Origin: Tortispora ganteri | Lineage: Eukaryota | NCBI GenBank assembly: GCA_003707115.1 | Contig: PPNB01000013.1 | Span: 124,001-188,000, forward strand | Reading direction: 5' to 3' | DNA: 64,000 bases | In this document: positions 10,274-20,714 of the stretch, piece after piece | Layout: each line of letters begins with the position of its first letter | Position numbering within the stretch: the stretch's first letter is position 1 | The notes under the pieces: model-generated | Told to the model about the DNA's origin: nothing | Seen by the model: the letters and a program-made list of their open reading frames with translations, nothing else | Databases searched by the model: none | Translations under genes and position numbers: made by a program

Positions 10274-10665
10274 TACCAAAGTCGGGAACCAAGATTAGCT
10301 GATGAATATATATATTACAAAAGCAGGAGTACAGGTGAAAAATAATTTACTATTAACCGATATCTTATATGTGTCATAAAGAAATTATCATACACAACGG
10401 TCTCTCTAGTTCTGTATTGATTTAACTAATGTGCATTTCAAATTTCTTTCTCTTTCACAGCAGATTTATGTTGAAACAATTGACTTATCAAACTAATATT
10501 TCTCGTTTCAACTTTTGAATCTCTATTTTTCTGTGTTAATCTGGTTATAGAACGAATTATGTTGCAGTGACTGTACTGTCATACATTTTATCGTCTATAC
10601 ATACTTTAAGAAATCTTGGTTTGAATCTCCCCCGAACCCCGATGAAAACTTCACCACTGCCTATC

Positions 10666-11396
10666 ATGTCAAAGAAGATCCTATGTCTTCATGGGTTCGC
10701 ACAAGTAAGTACTGAAATCTTGTCAATTTTATAGAAAATAAATTAACCAAATAGTCTGGTTCTCTTTTTGCACGAAAGAGCTCTGGCGTCCGCAAAGCCT
10801 TGACCAAAATTGGATATGAACTATTCTACCCTAATGGTCCCGTGAAACTCGTCAACGATGAGGATGAAGAGGCCCAGGAACAATATTCTTGGTGGGGCAA
10901 CGTTCATGATACACATTATGATAATATTGAAAATACATGGTCATATTTAGCAGATTATATAAAAGCAAATGGCCCCTTTGATGGCTTGCTAGGCTTTTCA
11001 CAAGGAACTATCTGCGCATCTATGCTTATCAGAAAGCTGAATGAGATCTTACCCTCACAGCCGCCCTTCAAGTTTGCTATATTCTATTCGGGCTATCGTT
11101 CAAAGGCAACAGAGTACCAGTACCTCTATCAACCTCCTATCGCCATTCCGACATTCCATATCATCGGCACACTAGACCCCGTTGTCACAGAAGAACAGAG
11201 TCTGACGCTTGTCGATTCTTGCGAAAAGAGTACACGCACTGTACTACGTCATACAGGTGGACATTTTGTACCTAATTCTAAACCACAGGTGTCTGCGCTC
11301 ATCTCTTGGATTGAAAATCTCGATGCGCACGTCGAATCTAACTCAGAAGAAACAGAATCATGGGAAGATCTCGGCGATAAAATAGGCAAATTCTAA
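10666..11396 (+). CDS. FSH1/OVCA2-family serine hydrolase, 2 exons (10666-10704, 10755-11396)
   Basis: Exon 1 MSKKILCLHGFAQ; intron 10705-10754 GTAAGT..TTAAC..TAG; GFSQG nucleophile, G.LDPVV, GGHFVP. An in-frame upstream ATG at 10642 is possible. Confidence 0.9.
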
Positions 11397-11523
11397 TGAT
11401 ATTTCTAGTCAACTTCCTTCTTGCATGTTTTTGGCATCTAAAATGTACATGCAATCAGGCAATATTTTAACATAAATCTAGCATGTAAAATACTTAAAAG
11501 AAAAAAAAAACCTTTCGCATTCT

Positions 11524-14500
11524 CTATTGCGCAGCAGCATTCCTCTGAGAATCTTGCTCCCATTGCGATCGCAACATATCCAATTCTTGAGTCAGCGCGT
11601 CGAGCGTCACTGATGATTGTCGTCCATTTCTAGACTGTCGTTTGACAAGGTTCGGCGACGATTCACCACCAATCACAGGAGATTTCGTGCCAATATCAGC
11701 TTTTTTCAGATCAGCTTCTAAACTGGCAACACGTCTAGCAGCTTGTTGTTTCGCCACGCGAAGAACGTCTCGTTCATCTTGCGTCGCGTGGAGTTGCGCC
11801 TTCAAGTCTGAGATCCTAGCTTCAAACATCTCTTTTTGCTCTGCAAGGGCTTGTTCTAGCTCAGCAACCTTTTGGCCCTTTTCCGCCTCTTCTTGTAATC
11901 GTGCAAGTTCGTCTTTTACCTCGCTGTTCTCAGCACGTTGACGGTTAAGTTCCTCCTTCATCTTGCTAACAATCAAATCACTAGACTTAACATACGACAG
12001 CGTAGATTCATGCGCCTTCTGCAACTCAGAATACTGCTGCTTCAAATAATCGATCTCTTGAACTTTTTCTTGAAGCTCCTTGTGCTGTTGCTCTAGCTCA
12101 GAGTGTTTCTTCTTGTGTTCTCCAAACTCTCGTTCAGTCTGCTCTTTACTTTGCTTGAACAACGAGTGCTCGCCTCTAACAGATTCTAGCTCTTCGAGCA
12201 AAATGCTGTGCTTGGATTCACTAGCCTTCAACTTGGATTCTAAGTCCTCCACAGATTTAATAGCACTCGAATGTGATTCTTCCATCTCTTTGAGTTTCTC
12301 TTCCAGCTCCTTGATCTTATCATTACTCATTTCGCGTTGCATAACGTCTTGTTCTGCAAGAAGTTTTGAGATACCTTCGCTTAATGCCCTAGACGCCTTG
12401 GAAGCTGCTTCCGAAGATGCTGCAGCAAGCTCACGCTGCTTCGTCTCCTCTTTCAATGAATTCGCTAATGCCGTCTCAAGTTCGTTGTTCTTCGATTTCA
12501 AGATATTAACAGTCTCTTCAAGATTCTTGTATGCAGCCATGTCTTCTTGCATTTGCCTGAGTAAACTGTCAGCCCTCATTTCAGAAGCAGCAAGCGCTTC
12601 TTGTGCCAATCCTAAAGCATCAAATGAGCTTTCGGCTTTGCTAGCAATAGAGAGATCTGGAGGTAAGGGCAAAGAATCGTTGCCAATAGTAGACAATTCT
12701 TTAGAAGATCCAGAAATGGGTTCTCGTGTAATAGAAGATTTAGCAATGTCACTCTTTAACTTGTCAAGTTCGGATTTGACAGCTATAAGCTCTTTCAGAA
12801 GGTTTTCATTAACAGAGATCGCGCTGAGTCGGTTAACAGCACGAGAATTGATTTCGCCATCAGCCGCCGGCTGAGAAGTTGAGGGAACATATCCGGCTTT
12901 GCGAGCCAAATGAAGCTCAACCTCATACCATTGTAATTGCGAACGAAGCCCTTGAATCGTAGGATCTTCAACACTTATCCGTCTGTCAAATATTGTACTT
13001 CCTAAACTCATTGAATGTCTATGTCGACTGGTTCGACTGGCCGATTTATCGCTTTCCAATTCTTCATCACCAATGCTGTACCTTTCAGCTCCTCGGTGAC
13101 CTTGACTACTCAACGCTCTGTTACTTATCTCGTCGGATGTTGGAGAGTCAGAAAGTGGACCACCGTATACTGATGATTCTCTTGACTTAGAGCCCGAGTT
13201 GTGAAGTGAGTTCATAAGTTTTCCATTAGAAGCATTAATTACAGCGCTCATACGTGCAGCAGCAGCTGTTGTAGCAGCAGCGCCTTCTTGAGGAATGTGT
13301 GTTGTCCCTCGCTTGGCGTATAAGGATTCTGTAGCGTCTTCATCTGTCCCACGACGTCTTGGAATTTGCTGAGTGAGCCCTGAGGAGTCAGAGTCAACTG
13401 TTGCTCCCTTTAGATTGGATCCCTCTAGCTCGAGGTTCTTAGCGGAATCTAATATTCCTGTCACACTTGATACTGGCGGACGAGGACCTTTAACTTTCTT
13501 GGTTTCAGGGCTAGACATAGGAGAAGCAGATCCCAAAGTAACTGGAACAGCTTGGGCCTGATTGATTCCATAGGTCTGATTGGAGTCTTTGGAGGCTCCA
13601 CGCTCTGGAATTTTGAGATTCTCAGTGCTTTGTGCAGGTCTTTCTGGACTAGAGTCTGCAGAATCAGTGGGAGCCCATCCTCCTGGTACCGACATACGTT
13701 GCTTCCTGGATTTGTGCCTGTTAGCCTTTACTGGCGTCGTATCAGCAGTCTCGGGATCAGCTGGTTGATTAGTAGCACGAGAACCTTCCTGCACGGGCGT
13801 TGAGGTAGAATACTCTCCGACCTCTGTCTTAGTAACGTCAGCATTAGTCGTAGCAGAGACTTTCTCTTCAATTGCGCGCGTAGGGGCAAGATCTGTAGAG
13901 TCGGGCGCCGGTGATGTGACCTGACGAGCAGCAATAGGTGCTTGAAATACTTGGTTAAGTCGGGGTGTTGTATTTGCAGATTCCGCAGGGTACCGTATAC
14001 GAGAAGTGTCTAGTACAAACGTACAGTCAAGGTCATCAGCCACACCAGTTGAAGGTTCACCGCCAAGTACGTAGATCTTGGAGCCCGAAACAGACATAGA
14101 ATGTCCCGATCGCGGCGAAGGGCCAGTGCCCATATTTTGAAACATAAACCACCGCATTGAGGATAATTTGAGAGCACTTAAAAGGTTTAAATCTTCACTC
14201 TCAGCGGATCTTCCTCCTAAGACGTACATCGCGTCATCCACCAAAGCAGCGGTATGACCCTCGCAGGGAACTGGAACAAAGCCAGCGGTACTAATTTCCG
14301 TCCACTGTGAGGTGGATAAATCAAAGCACCAAACGTCGTTGAACCAATTTACACTGTCTGTACCACCGAATACAATGAGAGTGTTTCTGTAGATGATCAT
14401 AGAATGGTTCGTTCGCGGGTTAGGAGCAATTCCAGAAACAGGTAACAGAATCCACTCGCCTTGAGATTTAGAGGTGAGTAAGTTTTCAAGGTCGAATTCA

Positions 14501-15561
14501 TAAATATCGTTAAAGAATTCGCTATCGCGCTGACCGCCAAATAAATATAACTTTGAGCCAACCGCACATAGAGAATGGCCGTAACGACCACCTGGATGAG
14601 CAGTTTCCGGGATCTTAATCGTACGCCATTGTCGTGTGAGAGTATTCAGTACGTGCAAATCTGTGTCAAGCTTGTCTGTAGGATGCTGTTTTGTGTCACC
14701 CCCATAGACTATGAAAGCATTGTCAACCAAGACGCATGAGTGGCCAATACGAGGTGCGGGTGGGCTGTCAGAAATGATCATCCTGCATTCAAAATTGGAG
14801 GCATTGATGGCCCAGATATCCTGCAGCATATCTCTTCCCTTAAGTCCTCCGAATATAAAGATCTCGTTGCTTTCTATAGAAGCAATATCGGAAGCTGCGT
14901 GTCCATAACGTGGGAACGGAGATGTGGACGACAAAGACGTCAGTTGCTTGCGAGACCAGGGATAATGTACGTTTCGGGTTCTAGGCTTTTGCTGTGGGTT
15001 AGGTGACATGTTACTCGCAGAAGGAGCGACTGGGGTACCGTCAGACGAGCCGTAGCGCGCCGAAGGAATACGGTCCTGTTGCTGTTGGTAGGGAGAACGT
15101 GATGTTTCATGTGCCATGTTTGTGGGTGGGGCGTAGCGAGACTGCTGAGGAGACTGATTGAACTGAGGCATGAAAGGCGATACTTCAGGAGTCTGTAGAC
15201 GATTCAGAGAATCCGGGTAAGGTGCAGGGCCGCTGGCAGTTCTGGTCGGTGCGTGTCCACTAGTATAAGGGGAGTGGGGCACTTCTATGCCGTTCATGTC
15301 TGAGCTTGCAGGCGCGGATGCCGTCGACACGTCTCTATGGCCGGCAGCCCAAGGTGATTGGATCGGTTGAAGAATTTCGCTTCCAAGTATAGGAGAGTTA
15401 TTGCTATTATGCTTCGCAGGAGACTGATTTGGGCTGAGCTGCATTCTGTCAGAGGAGAAGTTGAGCTGAGAGGCCTGTTTCGCGGCCGATTGGCGCTGCT
15501 TTTCAATGGCTTCACTGGACTTCTGGTCTTTTGATTTCTTCTTTCTAGAGAAAATAGCCAT
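11524..15561 (-). CDS. KEL1: Kelch-repeat and coiled-coil polarity protein (Kel1/Kel2/Tea1)
   Basis: PFPRYGHA, repeated GG/W kelch blades, FQNMG.GPSPRSGHSM, WYE.EL.LARKAGY, long C-terminal coiled coil. Confidence 0.9.
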   Translation of the reverse strand: MAIFSRKKKSKDQKSSEAIEKQRQSAAKQASQLNFSSDRMQLSPNQSPAKHNSNNSPILGSEILQPIQSPWAAGHRDVSTASAPASSDMNGIEVPHSPYTSGHAPTRTASGPAPYPDSLNRLQTPEVSPFMPQFNQSPQQSRYAPPTNMAHETSRSPYQQQQDRIPSARYGSSDGTPVAPSASNMSPNPQQKPRTRNVHYPWSRKQLTSLSSTSPFPRYGHAASDIASIESNEIFIFGGLKGRDMLQDIWAINASNFECRMIISDSPPAPRIGHSCVLVDNAFIVYGGDTKQHPTDKLDTDLHVLNTLTRQWRTIKIPETAHPGGRYGHSLCAVGSKLYLFGGQRDSEFFNDIYEFDLENLLTSKSQGEWILLPVSGIAPNPRTNHSMIIYRNTLIVFGGTDSVNWFNDVWCFDLSTSQWTEISTAGFVPVPCEGHTAALVDDAMYVLGGRSAESEDLNLLSALKLSSMRWFMFQNMGTGPSPRSGHSMSVSGSKIYVLGGEPSTGVADDLDCTFVLDTSRIRYPAESANTTPRLNQVFQAPIAARQVTSPAPDSTDLAPTRAIEEKVSATTNADVTKTEVGEYSTSTPVQEGSRATNQPADPETADTTPVKANRHKSRKQRMSVPGGWAPTDSADSSPERPAQSTENLKIPERGASKDSNQTYGINQAQAVPVTLGSASPMSSPETKKVKGPRPPVSSVTGILDSAKNLELEGSNLKGATVDSDSSGLTQQIPRRRGTDEDATESLYAKRGTTHIPQEGAAATTAAAARMSAVINASNGKLMNSLHNSGSKSRESSVYGGPLSDSPTSDEISNRALSSQGHRGAERYSIGDEELESDKSASRTSRHRHSMSLGSTIFDRRISVEDPTIQGLRSQLQWYEVELHLARKAGYVPSTSQPAADGEINSRAVNRLSAISVNENLLKELIAVKSELDKLKSDIAKSSITREPISGSSKELSTIGNDSLPLPPDLSIASKAESSFDALGLAQEALAASEMRADSLLRQMQEDMAAYKNLEETVNILKSKNNELETALANSLKEETKQRELAAASSEAASKASRALSEGISKLLAEQDVMQREMSNDKIKELEEKLKEMEESHSSAIKSVEDLESKLKASESKHSILLEELESVRGEHSLFKQSKEQTEREFGEHKKKHSELEQQHKELQEKVQEIDYLKQQYSELQKAHESTLSYVKSSDLIVSKMKEELNRQRAENSEVKDELARLQEEAEKGQKVAELEQALAEQKEMFEARISDLKAQLHATQDERDVLRVAKQQAARRVASLEADLKKADIGTKSPVIGGESSPNLVKRQSRNGRQSSVTLDALTQELDMLRSQWEQDSQRNAAAQ

Positions 15562-16020
15562 CTTAAGAGAACTGAAATGTCAATTTAGATAGAAAACGGA
15601 GAGCGAATAAGAAGGGTAACTATACAGGACGTCTTCGCGTGTGCTTAAAGTATGCCTTTTCGCTTCAGGTAATAAATAGGCCGACAATCACGAGGTCGAG
15701 TAGTAAAGTGCTAACGTTATTCTTCGGATAAATTAAAGCACTAATTTGGGAACAGAACTATACCGGAAAACAGCGAAATGTGCTATAGTCGAACAGTTTG
15801 CAGTGTAAGGGGGTTCGTCGATGGAGGGGGGGGGGCTTTCTCTGGGTGAGGTTGCGTTAAGCGCGTCGTGATTTCAGCCAATAGTAAAAGTCAGATTAGC
15901 GTTGGGTTTGGGTTGGCATTGTAAAGGCAATTTAAGGCTATTGTTAACGCTAGTAACCATTAGAGGGAGACATATAAAGCAAACAGAAGTGGTATATGGT
16001 TTTATTTGTAATTGTAGTAA

Positions 16021-17667
16021 TTAGGGCTGGAGACGTTTGGGGTCGCGCGGGAAGAGACTGGCACGGCGGATATTTTTGAGGCCGAGGAAGAACATGACCA
16101 CACGCTCCAGACCAATACCACCACCAGCGTGAGGAGGAGCTCCATAGACAAAAGCGTTCAGGTAGTCCTTAAGACCAGGGTCGTTAGGGTCCACGTCAAG
16201 CGCTTTCATTCGCTCCTTCAGAAGGTCTGGATCATGCACACGCTGAGCACCTGACAAGATCTCTTCGCCACGCATGAAGAAATCGTATGAGTTTGAGTAG
16301 CGCGAGTCAGTCGGGTCTGGCATAGTGTAGAACGGTCGCACAGCCAGCGGGAACTTATCGAGAATGTAGAAATCAGTTTTATATTTCTCGCGAACAAGAG
16401 CACCCAATTGCTTTTCGTTCTCGGTGCTAAGGTCCTCTAGTTCGCCAACTTCTTTGCCTGCAGCCCGCAGCATAGCAATACCCTCAGAGAAGGGAATGCG
16501 GACCATTCCTGATTCAGGCACCAAGAACTCCTCAACAGGATATTGTCTACGAACGAGGTCTATTTCTCTGCCGTATCGCTTGCGCAGTTCTGAGAAAATA
16601 AAGATGAACAAGCCGGAGAGCACATTGATGACTTCATCATAATTTTCCTCAAAGGCCATTTCCAGATCAAGGCCGACAAATTCGGTCATATGTCTATGCG
16701 TATTTGAGTTCTCTGCTCTGAATACAGGGCCGATCTCAAATACGCGTTCAAAATCAGAAGCAATCAGCATCTGCTTGTAGAACTGAGGAGATTGTGCCAA
16801 ATATGCGGCAGAATCGAAGTACTGCACTTTGAAGACATTGGCACCACCTTCAGTGGCAGCTCCAAGAAGTTTTGGAGTGTGCACTTCGACAAAATTCAAA
16901 TTCTTTAAGTACTCTCTAAACAGGTCACAAACACCAGATGATATTTTAAAGATGGCTTGATTAGTGACTGTTCTGAGGTCAATAACCCGAGAGTTGAGAC
17001 GGGTATCAAGATTAACGACTGGCAGACCTTGCTCCTCGGCTTGTTCCTCAGACCTGGAAGCGTCTTCGATAAGTATAGGCAATTTTGCCGGCGTTTCGAC
17101 AATCGTGTGGATTTGAGAGATGTGCACTTCGAGCGATTGCATGGTTGCTGAAGAGATCGGTTCTGGCGAAGCCTTGCAAATGCCCTTCACGAGCACAATG
17201 GACTCAAGGTTAATTTGAGAAGCCCATTTCACCATCTGCTTAGACACGGTAATTTCATCTACAGCGACTAATGCCTGCACGGTGCTGGTCTGCTGGCGTA
17301 AAAGCAAAAAGCACATCTTGCTACCTTGAAGTCTACTTGTGTGAACCCGGGCACGCAAGACTACTTCCTGATCGGGCTTCAAGTCGTCAATTTTAGCCCG
17401 CGGTTTTCCTGTCTTATACTGAGACTGTATCAATGGTAGCTTACCATAATTCTCTTTTGCAAAATCATTGGCGTCTTCAGCAGCTTTGCGTGCAGCTTCT
17501 TCTTCAGCCCGTTTAGCGGCGGCTTCTGCCTTTTTGGCCTCTTTTGCGAGTTGTGCAGCACGCTTCTTTAGCGCTTTCTTAGAAAGAGGTTGTCCATCTT
17601 CACCTAACACAACATCTTCGCTAATTGAAGCCTTGCTGAGTTGTTCTTCGGTTTCTTTAACATCCAT
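16021..17667 (-). CDS. DPS1: Cytosolic aspartyl-tRNA synthetase
   Basis: [51 protein letters not shown]. Confidence 0.98.
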   Translation of the reverse strand: MDVKETEEQLSKASISEDVVLGEDGQPLSKKALKKRAAQLAKEAKKAEAAAKRAEEEAARKAAEDANDFAKENYGKLPLIQSQYKTGKPRAKIDDLKPDQEVVLRARVHTSRLQGSKMCFLLLRQQTSTVQALVAVDEITVSKQMVKWASQINLESIVLVKGICKASPEPISSATMQSLEVHISQIHTIVETPAKLPILIEDASRSEEQAEEQGLPVVNLDTRLNSRVIDLRTVTNQAIFKISSGVCDLFREYLKNLNFVEVHTPKLLGAATEGGANVFKVQYFDSAAYLAQSPQFYKQMLIASDFERVFEIGPVFRAENSNTHRHMTEFVGLDLEMAFEENYDEVINVLSGLFIFIFSELRKRYGREIDLVRRQYPVEEFLVPESGMVRIPFSEGIAMLRAAGKEVGELEDLSTENEKQLGALVREKYKTDFYILDKFPLAVRPFYTMPDPTDSRYSNSYDFFMRGEEILSGAQRVHDPDLLKERMKALDVDPNDPGLKDYLNAFVYGAPPHAGGGIGLERVVMFFLGLKNIRRASLFPRDPKRLQP

Positions 17668-17891
17668 TGTATCGAAAGAAAGAATAATGGTGCGGTGGAA
17701 AAACCTGGCCCATTTAAAGTTTTGCCTAGGCAGGTCAGATGGCCCTCAGGGAGGCACTACTATTAGGGGGTCAAGGCAGTCTACGTAGCGTTAATCATCG
17801 AGAAATAAGATATATTTTTTTAAAAAATTTTATCGATCGAACATCGGGTCGAAAGATAAATAAGTATGGACCTTATAAGGAAGAGATCATG

Positions 17892-17915
17892 CTAGCATTT
17901 GGTGGCAAATGCTAG
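17892..17915. repeat. Perfect 10-bp inverted repeat overlapping an Rpn4/PACE consensus (GGTGGCAAA, 17901-17909)
   Basis: CTAGCATTTG-gtgg-CAAATGCTAG between the RPS27 3' end and the DPS1 start. Confidence 0.6.
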
Positions 17916-18064
17916 AGCCATCAGAAACGTTAGACAGAGGGAAAAATTTTAGGTGTCGCGAAAGAGCACCTACCAGTTCTCCTTTTTTGCACTTCTACAT
18001 CATAGACGAAGGTTCGACCAGATATCGAACAATCGCCTTGTTATATCATGAAAGAGGAAACCGC

Positions 18065-18446
18065 TTATTTCCTGCGGAAAGACGTTCCGGGTGTCAAGCG
18101 AGCCTTACCTCCAGAAGGATGGCAAAGGACGGTGGAGCAGCCCTCGCAAATCATGACAGTTTGAGAGTGAGAGAAGACAGTGGCAAGAGAATAGCATCCG
18201 GGGCATCTGACGTCCATGTAAAACGATCTAGGTCCCTGAACGAGTTGTTTTAATTTGTGCTTTCTGGCCTCAGAGGCAGCAGAGGGATGTAACAGATCTT
18301 GAGCTAAAGCCTAAAGGTAGAATGTTAGTATCTCGCGTTTCTAAAGATGTTGCAAAGCAAAAAAAAGGTCAAGTATACACTCATATATTGAGTCCCATAC
18401 GAAGACGTTTTTCTAGCCGCAATATATCACCGGTTTAACTTACCAT
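18065..18446 (-). CDS. RPS27: 40S ribosomal protein eS27, 2 exons (ATG-only exon 18444-18446; exon 2 18065-18310)
   Basis: ATG|GTAAGT, branch TACTAAC, TAG at 18311; hand translation [40 protein letters not shown]...[27 protein letters not shown], 82 aa. Not in the ORF track. Confidence 0.96.
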
Positions 18447-18594
18447 TGTGGATGTATATAGTTATCAGCAAAAGATAGGGAAGAAAGTGGACCTTGCACG
18501 TATCCCAAGTGCGGACCATCTAGTGGGAATACGTGCCACCCAGGTAATGTTGTGACTGCGCATATGTTTGTTGTCATGACAACTTGTTAGCCCT

Positions 18595-18645
18595 AACTGT
18601 GAGACTTTACACAACCTGAGCCTATTTGTGCAACATAGCACGTGA
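18595..18645. promoter_or_regulatory. Sulfur-regulon-like sites upstream of MET1: Met31/32-like AACTGTG and Cbf1 CACGTGA
   Basis: AACTGTG at 18595-18601, CACGTGA at 18639-18645, TATATAA near 18672. Confidence 0.55.
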
Positions 18646-18717
18646 TATGACATCTATGTGCTGTTACATTATATATAAGCAAATAACCAATAGTGATGAG
18701 ACATAAACTACGTGCAC

Positions 18718-20244
18718 ATGCTGCTTTCTTCTCTTGACTGTGCGGGACAAGTACACTTAGTTGTCGGTATTTCGCCGCTTGCTGTAAGCCGCATCAGGGC
18801 CGCACTGGCTGCCGATGCGCACGTTGTTCTTGTATGTCCAGATGTTCAAGGATCGCGGTACATTGGCGTTCGCGAGTTGATTAAAACCAGTAGAATCACG
18901 TGGTACGAGCGAAACTTTGAGATCGATGATCTTTGGACTTTAGGTCGTACAGATGCAAAAAGGATCGTAGACATTGCATATTTTCTTGATCCAGTGTATG
19001 CTACAGAAGAAGTCTTAGAGATGTGTCGCAGTCTGCGAGTTTGGTACAATGTGGCAGACTCGACTACATCGAATCTGAGATTTTTATCTACGTATACCAA
19101 AGGCAGCTTACAGATCGGTGTCACTACTAACGGTAAGGGGTGTAGACTTGCGAACCGGATCCGGAGGCACATCACTGAAACGCTGCCTGCTAACATTGAA
19201 CAAATCTGCGACAACGTAGGCAGCTTACGGAGCACTCTGCAGATTGCTATAAGCGACAATACCTCTGTGACCGACTCGGTAGGTGAGTTTGAGGACGACT
19301 CTGCGCATACAAATGAGTTCAACAGGCTGTCTCCCGAATACACATCTGAGTCGGAGGAGACAGCTGAACGCCAATTGCGGTACCTATCACAAGCAGTTGA
19401 GTACTTGCCACTATCTCGGCTGGCAGATCTGCGAATAGAAGAACTGACAAGTCCTGAGACGGCGCAGCGAACGACAGCGGGTCCTGAAAGGGCGAAAATC
19501 ATGCTTGTAGGAGCTGGGCCAGGGTCTGTGGATCTATTGACTGTGGCCGCGCGGAATGCGATTTTGGAAGCAGACATCATTCTCACCGACAAACTTGTAC
19601 CGCAGCAGGTAGTTGACATTATTCCGAAGCACACAACTGTGCACGTGGCGAAGAAATTCCCCGGTAATGCAGATAACGCGCAGCAGGAGTTTCTAGACCT
19701 GGCGTTGGAATACGCTTCGCAGGGCAAGACAGTTGTGCGACTGAAACAAGGTGATCCGTACATTTACGGGCGAGGTGGTGAAGAGTATGTATATTTCACT
19801 GAACGAGGTTTTAAACCGCTTGTTATCCCCGGTATTACATCTGCGCTGTCTGCGCCACTTGCTGCGGGCATTCCGTGCACTATGCGTGATGTGGCAGACC
19901 AGGTCCTGATCTGTACAGGCACGGGCCGTCGCGGAAGTCTTCCTGTATTTCCGGAGTACATTCCCACGCGTACTACTGTGTTCCTTATGGCGCTTCACCG
20001 GATCGAAAATGTGGTTCAAGGACTTTTGGAGTTAAACTATCCGAGTGATCTGCCATGTAATGTCATTGAGCGTGCTTGGTGTGCGGACCAGCGTGTGATT
20101 CGATCGACGTTGCGTGATGTCACGGCAGCTGTGGCCGCTGAGGGTTCTCGACCTCCAGGGTTGCTTGTAGTCGGACATGCATGCACGGCGATACACAAAT
20201 TGGCCATAGACTCACCTTATACGGTGCTTGAGGGCTTGACCTAA
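18718..20244 (+). CDS. MET1: Uroporphyrinogen-III C-methyltransferase (fungal Met1, with siroheme-synthase-like N-terminus)
   Basis: LQIGVTTNGKGCRLANRIRR, LVGAGPGS, RLKQGDPYIYGRGGEE, PGITSAL, SRPPGL; first ATG is 18718 (track starts at GTG). Confidence 0.95.
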   Translation: MLLSSLDCAGQVHLVVGISPLAVSRIRAALAADAHVVLVCPDVQGSRYIGVRELIKTSRITWYERNFEIDDLWTLGRTDAKRIVDIAYFLDPVYATEEVLEMCRSLRVWYNVADSTTSNLRFLSTYTKGSLQIGVTTNGKGCRLANRIRRHITETLPANIEQICDNVGSLRSTLQIAISDNTSVTDSVGEFEDDSAHTNEFNRLSPEYTSESEETAERQLRYLSQAVEYLPLSRLADLRIEELTSPETAQRTTAGPERAKIMLVGAGPGSVDLLTVAARNAILEADIILTDKLVPQQVVDIIPKHTTVHVAKKFPGNADNAQQEFLDLALEYASQGKTVVRLKQGDPYIYGRGGEEYVYFTERGFKPLVIPGITSALSAPLAAGIPCTMRDVADQVLICTGTGRRGSLPVFPEYIPTRTTVFLMALHRIENVVQGLLELNYPSDLPCNVIERAWCADQRVIRSTLRDVTAAVAAEGSRPPGLLVVGHACTAIHKLAIDSPYTVLEGLT

Positions 20245-20400
20245 CTGCTGTATAACGTCTACTCCTAAGGGGGGCACTCGAGGCACTGTGATTGGCTACT
20301 GATGATTTGTCAGCCACCCGTGGTGTCTATAAAACTGGCACTTGTTGCCGCAACACTGATTATCTGCATACCTTTATGAATTTACTGACAATAATGAGAA

Positions 20401-20422
20401 TATATATATATATATATATATA
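20401..20422. repeat. (TA)11 microsatellite
   Basis: Direct reading. Confidence 0.9.
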
Positions 20423-20714
20423 ATCTAATAATTTTAAATGTAAGTTGACCCAGCGTGGCGACCTACCAATGCTCGACCTGGTATAGGTTAGACAAATAAT
20501 CCAAGGATTTAAAGTTCTAACTACAAATTGGAGATTTCAGAGTGCCGCCCCGGAACGCTCTTTTTTGTCTTCCGACATAAAAACAATTCACTGTTATTGG
20601 ATTAATATAATAGATTTAGCTATAAGTTTTAATTGCCTATTGCTAATACTATTTGATGCTTGCGTTATACGAACAAGACGAGATCAACAAGTGAAAGCAA
20701 AAGTTAACCGCACT

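Noticed and set aside
17909..18253. 114-aa + strand ORF, and hairpins plus an Sm-like AATTTGTG suggesting an snRNA
   Set aside because: The region is the antisense of RPS27 exon 2 and its 3' flank; no U1, U2, U4 or U5 signature is present.
18846..19763. 305-aa antisense ORF inside MET1
   Set aside because: Shadow ORF on the opposite strand of a conserved gene with no recognisable motif. The same applies to 12080-12874, 2282-2932, 8222-8791 and 31324-31845.
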